Virus record (IMG/VR): IMGVR_UViG_3300021197_000841 | Span: 8,162 to 72,161 of that record | Length of the DNA stretch: 64,000 nt | Strand: one strand, 5' to 3' | Origin: a virus | Shown: positions 46,234-53,570 of the stretch, one piece after another | Layout of the letters: each line of letters opens with the position of its first letter | Numbering within the stretch: the stretch's first letter is position 1 | The notes under the pieces: model-generated | What the model saw: the letters and a program-made list of their open reading frames with translations, nothing else | Told to the model about the DNA's origin: nothing | Database searches by the model: none | Translations under genes and position numbers: made by a program

Positions 46234-47079
46234 ATGGCACAAAAATATCTTAATAATAAAGACTTACTGAAAGAAATTCATAAAAGTAAAATGAGTTTTT
46301 GCTGGATTAAGTCACCACAGTACGACAGACCCGACATTATTGTCAACGACGTCAGCGAAATAAACAAATCTGTATATGATCAAGCAAAACAAAATAAAGC
46401 AGGTCGTATGAAGGATCTAGCATACCAATCGGCAGTAAAAGGATACGAGGGACCAGCAAACAAAAAGCCTAAACAGAAGGATTTTTTAGTTGAACCAGAT
46501 TCTATTGCTGATGAAGAGATTACTATTAGAGTAATGGATATGGAACACATTCCACTGGAGCCAGGCAGAAAGAAAAATCCCAGGAACGAAGCAGAAACAA
46601 AAGCAAAGTGTAACTTTCCAGCATTTAAACACTATGCTAAAGTAAATGGAGAGATTACAGAAGTTGCTAGAAGTCACTGGAAGGGCGGACTTAAGAGTGG
46701 TAAGTTTAATGTCGAGCACGGAAGTATTACTAACGAACTTGGCAAAATGTATCTCAAACTAGTAGAAAGATATAGTCAGAGAGCAAACTGGAGAGGCTAT
46801 ACATACATTGATGAAATGCGTGGACAGGCACTATTGCAGTTAGCAATGATAGGCTTACAGTTTAATGAAGCAAAGTCTGACAATCCGTTTGCTTATTATA
46901 CAGCCGCAATTACAAACAGTTTTACAAGAGTTCTAAACATTGAGAAAAGAAATCAGAATATCAGAGACGATATACTTATTGACTCAGGACATTTACCGAG
47001 TTATGGTAGACAGATTAAGCACGAAGAAGAAATGAAAGCACAAAGAGAAGAAGCACAAAATTCTAATTCGGATGCTTAA
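46234..47079 (+). CDS. gp55: late-transcription sigma factor, gp55-like
   Basis: 'YLNNKDLL', 'NWRGYTYIDEM...FNEAKSDNPFAYYT...NSF.R.LNIEKR'; adjacent to gp47/gp46 as in T4-like phages. Confidence 0.8.
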   Translation: MAQKYLNNKDLLKEIHKSKMSFCWIKSPQYDRPDIIVNDVSEINKSVYDQAKQNKAGRMKDLAYQSAVKGYEGPANKKPKQKDFLVEPDSIADEEITIRVMDMEHIPLEPGRKKNPRNEAETKAKCNFPAFKHYAKVNGEITEVARSHWKGGLKSGKFNVEHGSITNELGKMYLKLVERYSQRANWRGYTYIDEMRGQALLQLAMIGLQFNEAKSDNPFAYYTAAITNSFTRVLNIEKRNQNIRDDILIDSGHLPSYGRQIKHEEEMKAQREEAQNSNSDA

Positions 47080-47081
47080 TT

Positions 47082-48095
47082 ATGACAGATAACTTATTCA
47101 AAAAAGCCGCAGTCTTTACAGACATACATTACGGCCTAAAACAAAATAGTCATCAGCATTTAAAAGACTGTAATAATTTTGTTGACTGGTTTATTGCCGA
47201 AGCAAAACTAAGAGAAGCAGAAACATGTTTCTTCTTAGGCGACTGGCATCATCACAGAGCAAGTATTAATATTGCTACAATGAATGCTAGTTTGAGAGAT
47301 CTTAAAAAACTAAATGACGCATTTGAAAAAATATATTTCATAACCGGCAACCATGATTTATATTACAGAGATAAACGCGAACTTAACAGTATAGAATTTG
47401 CTCGTGACTTACCTAACTTTATTATGGTAGATGAGATATTTGAAGAAAAAGGTGTATCTATAATACCATGGTTAGTTGGAACAGAACATAAAAAAGTTGC
47501 TAAGATCGATTGTAAATATATGTTTGGCCATTTTGAACTGCCGTTCTTTAAAATGAATGCAATGGTAGAAATGCCAGACCATGGTGGTATTACAGCAAGT
47601 ATGCTTGACAAACCAGAATATGTTTTTACAGGACATTTTCATAAACGTCAATACAACCATAACATACATTACATAGGCAATGCGTTTCCGCATAATTACG
47701 CAGACGCACAGGATAACGATAGAGGATACATGTTCCTAGAGTGGGACAAAGAACCGCAATTTGTTAATTGGCCTGACTGCCCTAAGTATGTTACATGCGG
47801 TCTAGTAGAACTTATCGATGATCCTGCTAAATTTTTAGGCGCAACAACGTATGCTAGAATCAAATTAGATGTAGACATCAGTTATGAGGAAGCATCTTTT
47901 ATTAAAGAAAACTTTATGGACAAATACAAGTGTAGAGAAATACAACTTGTACCAGTCAAGGAAGTTGAGGAAGAATACGAAGCAGGCGAAATACATTTCG
48001 AAAGTGTCGAACAAATTGTTATCAGTCAATTACAAACGATTGAAAGTAGTACCGTAGACACTGATAAACTTATTAACATTTACCAGAACTTATAA
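47082..48095 (+). CDS. gp47: recombination nuclease, Mre11/SbcD-like
   Basis: Metallophosphoesterase motifs DIH, GDWHH, GNHD, GHFE, GHFH. Confidence 0.92.
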   Translation: MTDNLFKKAAVFTDIHYGLKQNSHQHLKDCNNFVDWFIAEAKLREAETCFFLGDWHHHRASINIATMNASLRDLKKLNDAFEKIYFITGNHDLYYRDKRELNSIEFARDLPNFIMVDEIFEEKGVSIIPWLVGTEHKKVAKIDCKYMFGHFELPFFKMNAMVEMPDHGGITASMLDKPEYVFTGHFHKRQYNHNIHYIGNAFPHNYADAQDNDRGYMFLEWDKEPQFVNWPDCPKYVTCGLVELIDDPAKFLGATTYARIKLDVDISYEEASFIKENFMDKYKCREIQLVPVKEVEEEYEAGEIHFESVEQIVISQLQTIESSTVDTDKLINIYQNL

Positions 48096-48096
48096 T

Positions 48097-49869
48097 ATGC
48101 TAAACATAAAAAACATCAGTGTGAAGAATTTCATGAGCGTTGGTAATAACGTTCAAGGTGTTAGATTCGACGACAAACACTTAACACTTGTATTAGGAAA
48201 CAACCTAGACCTAGGTGGTGACGGTAGCAGAAATGGTACAGGCAAGACTACTATTATTAACGCTCTAAGTTATGCGTTATACGGCGAAGCACTAACCAAC
48301 ATTAGACGTGATAATTTAATTAACAAAACAAACGGCAAGGGCATGATTGTTTCTTGCGACTTTGAACTTAACGGTATAGAGTATCGCATAGAAAGGGGAA
48401 GACGTCCTAATGTGTTACGTTTATTTGTTAATGGTACAGAACAAGAAGATCAAGAACAGCAAGGCGATAGCAGAGAAACACAAAAACAAATAGAAAAAAT
48501 TATCGGCTTTAGTCATCAAATGTTTAAGCACATTGTTGCTCTAAATACTTACACAGAACCTTTCCTTGGTATGAAGAATAACGACCAACGAGATATGATA
48601 GAACAGTTGTTAGGTATTCAAGAACTTTCGCAAAAAGCAGAAATTCTAAAAGACAGAATGAAGGACACTAGAGATAATATTAAAGAAGAAGAATTCCGTA
48701 TTAGTGCTATGAAAGATAGCAATGAGCGTATGGACAAAAATATCAAAGAACTAGAAAGTCGTAGCAATGCCTGGGAACGAAACAAGTCTGTTAAACTAAA
48801 CGAAATGGCTGATGCGTTAGAGCAACTAAAAGAAATTGATATTGATCGCGAGGTTGAAAAACATAATACATTAGTTGTTATTAAAGATCACGAAGCAAAC
48901 TTAAATATATTATCAAACAATTTAACAAACACCCTTAACTCTTTTAAAAGAAGTAAAACTAAACTAAGCGAACTAGAGGCTAATTTAGTTAAAGCAAAGG
49001 AAGGCGTGTGCCCCACATGTGAACAAGGTACAGCACATTTAGACACACATGAAGCATACACAAAAGATTTAGAAACCAAGATAGCAGAAGAAAAAGAATA
49101 CTTCACAGGTTTAACTATTAAAGAAGAAGATTTAAAAGATGGCATAGAAACACTAGGACCTGTTGAAGAAAGACCCAGTACGTTTTATAAAACATTAGAA
49201 GAAGCACTTACACATCGTAATAATGTTGATAATTTAATAGACAGCATTAGCACAAAGCACACTGAAGAAAATCCATACATAGAACAAATAGAATCTATGA
49301 AACAAAGTGGTATACAAGAAATCAGTTGGGACACAATCAACGAACTCACAGCACTAAAAGATCATCAAGAATTTTTATATAAACTACTAACAAGCAAAGA
49401 CAGTTTTATCAGAAGACGTATTATTGATCAAAACATTGCTTACTTGAATCACAGATTAGCACACTACTTAGATGCTATTGGCTTACCGCATGACGTTAAA
49501 TTTAACAGCGACCTAAGTACAGAGATTACAGAATACGGCAGAGATTTAGACTTCGATAATCTAAGCAGGGGCGAACGTAACAGACTTATACTGAGTTTGA
49601 GTTGGGCATTTAGAGATATATTCGAAAGTCTTAATCACCCAATGAACTTCCTGTGTATCGACGAACTTATTGACAGTGGCTTAGATGCTACAGGTGTCGA
49701 GAATGCGTTAGGTATACTTAAGAAAATGAGTAGAGAGCAGAACAAAAACATTATGCTTATATCACACAGAGAAGAACTAAGTGGCAGAGTTAATGATGTA
49801 TTGTATGTGATCAAGGAAGGAGGCTTCACTAGTTACAACACGGACACAGAATATGTAGGCGATAAGTGA
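48097..49869 (+). CDS. gp46: recombination ATPase, Rad50/SbcC-like
   Basis: Walker A NGTGKTT, coiled coil with CPTC zinc hook, signature LSRGE, Walker B CIDE, ISH. Confidence 0.93.
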   Translation: MLNIKNISVKNFMSVGNNVQGVRFDDKHLTLVLGNNLDLGGDGSRNGTGKTTIINALSYALYGEALTNIRRDNLINKTNGKGMIVSCDFELNGIEYRIERGRRPNVLRLFVNGTEQEDQEQQGDSRETQKQIEKIIGFSHQMFKHIVALNTYTEPFLGMKNNDQRDMIEQLLGIQELSQKAEILKDRMKDTRDNIKEEEFRISAMKDSNERMDKNIKELESRSNAWERNKSVKLNEMADALEQLKEIDIDREVEKHNTLVVIKDHEANLNILSNNLTNTLNSFKRSKTKLSELEANLVKAKEGVCPTCEQGTAHLDTHEAYTKDLETKIAEEKEYFTGLTIKEEDLKDGIETLGPVEERPSTFYKTLEEALTHRNNVDNLIDSISTKHTEENPYIEQIESMKQSGIQEISWDTINELTALKDHQEFLYKLLTSKDSFIRRRIIDQNIAYLNHRLAHYLDAIGLPHDVKFNSDLSTEITEYGRDLDFDNLSRGERNRLILSLSWAFRDIFESLNHPMNFLCIDELIDSGLDATGVENALGILKKMSREQNKNIMLISHREELSGRVNDVLYVIKEGGFTSYNTDTEYVGDK

Positions 49870-50516
49870 GCGGTTGGGAAGGCGATAACACACAACGGCT
49901 TATAGAACTTGTAGGCGGTGATGTTCACGAAGACTTCCAGGCATTAAAGCAACGGTCTATAGATGCTCACAATCTTAGATTTGCAGACTACATAAACACC
50001 AGTGATATAGTTCTAGACTTTGGCAGTGGATTAGGCTTTGGTGCCAACGCATTTGCTGACACCGTATCGCAATACATTTGTGCCGATGTATCTAGATCTA
50101 TGCTGATGTCCGCACACCAAAATATATCACACCATAGCAATATCGAACTTAAACTTATATCACGCAATAATTTGTCTGCTTTAAAAGATTATAAATTTAC
50201 AAAAATAATTTCACATGCTGTTTTTGTGCACTTAGAAATACCTGAAATAATTTACTATCTAAAACAATTTAAAAACATACTAGCAGACAATGGGGAAGTA
50301 TTATTTACATACAAAAACTTAGACTTATTAAATGTAAACGATCACTTGCTTACAGAACACACAGAAAGACTTATGCGTAATAGAGAATTTCAAACTCGCA
50401 GTATAAGTTATGTAAGTCCTACCGTTATTAAGAATGTCGCAGAGCAATTAGATTATAAGTATATAGAAGTCGAATGCGATGAGTTTGATCGTACAGCGAG
50501 ATTAATTAATGAGTAA
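49866..50516 (+). CDS. class I SAM-dependent methyltransferase
   Basis: 'VLDFGSGLG', 'ADVS..ML', 'SHAVFVHL', 'LADNG'. Confidence 0.8.
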   Translation: MSGWEGDNTQRLIELVGGDVHEDFQALKQRSIDAHNLRFADYINTSDIVLDFGSGLGFGANAFADTVSQYICADVSRSMLMSAHQNISHHSNIELKLISRNNLSALKDYKFTKIISHAVFVHLEIPEIIYYLKQFKNILADNGEVLFTYKNLDLLNVNDHLLTEHTERLMRNREFQTRSISYVSPTVIKNVAEQLDYKYIEVECDEFDRTARLINE

Positions 50517-50934
50517 ATGGTTACACAATGGTAAAGCAATAGAATCGCTACCGGAAGATTGCGAAGCATTTGTATATCTTATTACTAATAACACAAATGA
50601 CAAAAAGTATGTTGGCAAGAAACTAGCAAAGTTTAAAACAACCAAACCCCCACTGAAAGGCAAAAAGAACAAACGTAGAGGCACCAAGGAATCAGATTGG
50701 CAAACTTACTGGGGCAGTTCAGACAATTTAAAAGAAGACGTTTTAGCACTTGGAGAAGATAAATTTACCAGAGAAATTTTATACTTTTGTCCTAGCAGAG
50801 GCGTCGCTAGTTACCTAGAGGCTAGAGAACAGTTCGAAAGAAGAGTACTACTCTCAGATGACTACTACAATGGAATTATCAACGTTCGAGTTGGTGGTTC
50901 AAAAATCTTACGTGAAGGTCTCAAAGACCGATAA
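50509..50934 (+). CDS. small GIY-YIG endonuclease (T4 EndoII-like size)
   Basis: 'AFVYLITN...KKYVGKK', 'YWGSS', 'FTREIL', 'YLE', 'YYN'. Confidence 0.8.
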   Translation: MSKWLHNGKAIESLPEDCEAFVYLITNNTNDKKYVGKKLAKFKTTKPPLKGKKNKRRGTKESDWQTYWGSSDNLKEDVLALGEDKFTREILYFCPSRGVASYLEAREQFERRVLLSDDYYNGIINVRVGGSKILREGLKDR

Positions 50935-50975
50935 CTAATTGCTGAAGAACACAAAAAAACACGGCAAATTCAGAC

Positions 50976-51439
50976 ACCAAGTCTAACTCACATTACGGCA
51001 CACACATAGGACTATACACCCGCCCCAACAGAGGCATTGAATATCTGGCTCCTCGACAATCCGGCAATGGAAACACCCGGTGCGAGATTATTGGAGATGT
51101 ATAGCGGCAAAGATACAAACACACGACAAACAGTATTAGAAGAATGTAGGCACTGAGAAAAAGCAACCTACAAGTTTGTATAACAGAACTCTACAATGTT
51201 ATACAGACTTCCGTGAGATTCGAGACGGTAGTGTATGGGGAGAGAAGGCTCACCGCTTCCTAATAGCACCCGAGTTAGAGATGGTAATGGTTCACTTGAT
51301 GACCCCTTTCATTGTTCTCCTTGCTTAAGGAGAATTATGGCTCAAGTTACTTGATAACTTTAATCTTAAAAACATTGCAAACAAAAACGATATGAACGAA
51401 GTGAATGAAGTTTGTAGTTGGCAAAGACACGAAGTGTCT
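50976..51439 (+). ncRNA. candidate large structured non-coding RNA (core 50976-51285 plus 3' hairpins)
   Basis: 531-nt gap in an otherwise gapless genome; at least 10 mutually compatible helices including long-range ones (see findings). Family not recognised. Confidence 0.6.
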
Positions 51440-51465
51440 AATAAAGTAAACACATAAATATTAAT

Positions 51466-52374
51466 ATGATACCAGTACAAGATAATTGGATGCACATAAA
51501 AAGTGAATTTATAGATAGTTGTGAGTCTGATATCAACAACATACAAAAATTCAAACAACTGGGTTTATTCAAAATGTTATTGCCTACTTCAATGGGTGGT
51601 ATAGATGGTCACTTACAAGACTTACTGGAATGTCAACTACAGTTGAGTCAGCATTGTGTAGACACAGCAAACAAGTATATACGTTGTGCGAGTGCTCCGT
51701 ATTTGATAAAACAGTTCGGAGAGGAAGTATTCCAAGAAGTATACGGGCAGGATAACGATGCGTTGGTATTGTTGTACCCCGGAGATCTAGAAACTGCTAG
51801 AACTATGACAGTAGAGTCTATATACGATTGGATTATAGTACAACATGATGCGGATTACTGTTTGCTTAATGTGGCGGATAGAAATTTTGGGCCGGAGCGG
51901 TATGTACTAAGCCTCGACACAATGTACAACAACACACAGATACTATCTTGGTTTCAACTGTATAATAGAGTGCTTACAGCAAGTGCTATTGGTAGCCTGG
52001 AACATGTATGCCGCATACTGATGAACACCGCTTACAACGACTTATACGCAGTCTTAGGCATGGTTTTAAGTGAGGCCGATGAAATGAAACTGGTGTTACA
52101 CAGGAATATAAACCACGCATTGCTACACATACAGGATGGTGAACAAATACCTTTATATGATCGTACCAAATACAAGGTACAGAGCACACATTCATATATA
52201 AAAGCAGTAAAATACCTGAAAAAAGTCGTTAATTTAACCGATAACAAAGAGGTTAGGAGTATATATGCTCAGGTTAACTCAATGGATTTAGAGCATTTAA
52301 ATAACGTTAAACAGGATTATAAGGGGTATATTATGTATCTTAACAGCAATATACTTGTCGATACATACTTGTAA
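51466..52374 (+). CDS. divergent acyl-CoA-dehydrogenase-fold / HsaA-like flavin monooxygenase homologue
   Basis: 'FKQLGLFKMLLPTSMGG', 'QFGEEVFQEVYGQDNDALV', 'DWIIV', 'ASAIGSLE'; shorter than typical family members. Confidence 0.55.
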   Translation: MIPVQDNWMHIKSEFIDSCESDINNIQKFKQLGLFKMLLPTSMGGIDGHLQDLLECQLQLSQHCVDTANKYIRCASAPYLIKQFGEEVFQEVYGQDNDALVLLYPGDLETARTMTVESIYDWIIVQHDADYCLLNVADRNFGPERYVLSLDTMYNNTQILSWFQLYNRVLTASAIGSLEHVCRILMNTAYNDLYAVLGMVLSEADEMKLVLHRNINHALLHIQDGEQIPLYDRTKYKVQSTHSYIKAVKYLKKVVNLTDNKEVRSIYAQVNSMDLEHLNNVKQDYKGYIMYLNSNILVDTYL

Positions 52375-52620
52375 TTACATTTGTTCTTGTTTCATTTGAT
52401 TTTTACCGCCCGGATTCTTTGCCGCTACATACTCTTCAAATGTTTCTATTAGTAATAATCTATCTTCGGAATCGATGCCCCAAGCATCTTCCATTCGTAC
52501 GGAGCCTTCGCTGAAAATAACTAATTCGAACACATTCTTTGTGATCGCTTTAGATTGCTCTTTTAAGGCTCCTAGGTAGTTCCTGATATCTTCAGGCTCT
52601 GCTCTATCTAGGAAGTTAAG
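52375..52620 (-). CDS. unannotated -1-frame extension (81 aa) of the gp26-like gene; gp51/GT-like
   Basis: Open frame LNFLDRAEPEDIRNYLGALKEQ...KQEQM* begins at the slippery T TTT TTC (52626-52620). Its stop abuts the convergent gene's stop. Confidence 0.7.
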   Translation of the reverse strand, partial: LNFLDRAEPEDIRNYLGALKEQSKAITKNVFELVIFSEGSVRMEDAWGIDSEDRLLLIETFEEYVAAKNPGGKNQMKQEQM

Positions 52621-53459
52621 AAAAAAGTTACTGGGTCGAAGTCAATTGGTACTTCGTATTCTGCGTTGCACTCGGCACATGCTGTTTTGTGTACTTTATT
52701 AATACCACCATTATTAATACTGCTAACAGCATTATCAATTTCTTTGCCTAATGTTGATTCAATGTTGTCTACAAAGTCGACAATCTCTTCGTATTCATCA
52801 ACTACCACATCACTATCTGGTATTTTAATATATCTAATACTGTTTACAAGTACACCGTAATTAAATTGTGCTAATTTTTCAAAAGCAATACCAATATCAG
52901 CAATTCTTTCGTCTTCGCTTTCAAAATCCTCATTGCTTATTTTAGCCAATTTATTTGCTTGTTCCAGCATTGCTTTGGCAGTTTTAATACTATACAAATA
53001 ATTTGCTGGACGTATTCCAATTTCCAAACCATTTGATAATGTAAATTCGCTTAATGATTTAATTTCTTCAAAGTCTTGTACAGCAAGACCAAGATCCATA
53101 TCAAATGAATTTTCATGCCCACATTCTGGACAATCACGATCTACTGTTAATGTGCGATCTTTTTCAGAAGCGGCTCTTACTGCTACTAAAATTAACTCCA
53201 TATCCGGCGCAATAATTTCCGCAGGTTTTTTAATAGTTGGTACACAACTTTCGATGACTTTGAGAACAGCATCACCATTAAGTAATGCGTCAGGGTTTCT
53301 GACGATAAGTTCGTCTTTTGGTGTCATTGCTAATACAGGTAATTCGCCGCTTTCCGGCCAATCAATAACGTCATCGTCATAAAATTTACCGCCCGACGGC
53401 AACTGTATGTATAACTTAGGGGACCTATAAAAGTCTTTAAGTGCTTGTTTGTTTGTCAT
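52608..53459 (-). CDS. baseplate hub assembly / tail assembly chaperone, gp26-like
   Basis: 'PKLYIQLPSGG', 'AMTPKDEL', 'D.E.ILVAVRAAS', two CxxC motifs (CPEC, CAEC), C-terminal 'FDPVTFF'. Confidence 0.7.
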   Translation of the reverse strand: MTNKQALKDFYRSPKLYIQLPSGGKFYDDDVIDWPESGELPVLAMTPKDELIVRNPDALLNGDAVLKVIESCVPTIKKPAEIIAPDMELILVAVRAASEKDRTLTVDRDCPECGHENSFDMDLGLAVQDFEEIKSLSEFTLSNGLEIGIRPANYLYSIKTAKAMLEQANKLAKISNEDFESEDERIADIGIAFEKLAQFNYGVLVNSIRYIKIPDSDVVVDEYEEIVDFVDNIESTLGKEIDNAVSSINNGGINKVHKTACAECNAEYEVPIDFDPVTFFLTS

Positions 53460-53486
53460 TTTAACTCCATTATAGCATATTTTAAT

Positions 53487-53541
53487 TTTATCGATAAATA
53501 CTACTGTGTCGATAAATGCTCTTGTAAGACTATTTATCGAT
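53487..53541. promoter_or_regulatory. bidirectional late-promoter region
   Basis: GATAAATA on + (53493-53500) and on - (53538-53531), within the 11-bp inverted repeat ATCGATAAATA/TATTTATCGAT. Confidence 0.65.
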
Positions 53542-53570
53542 CATAAAGCACATACTTAATAGGAAAGTGA

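Noticed and set aside
50509-50934. GIY-YIG gene as a mobile homing endonuclease
   Set aside because: Only 141 aa, with no NUMOD/HTH DNA-binding extension and not inside an intron; it looks like a resident EndoII-type gene.
50935-51465. Group I/II intron, RNase P, tmRNA or tRNA as the identity of the structured region
   Set aside because: GGACTATA resembles group I R/S elements but has no matching P7 partner, and no gene is interrupted. No group II domain V, no RNase P GAGGAAAGUCC, and no canonical T-arm or acceptor stem seen.
51325-51558. 77-aa minus-strand ORF over the non-coding element
   Set aside because: Overlaps the start of the 51466 gene, has atypical composition and no evident RBS.
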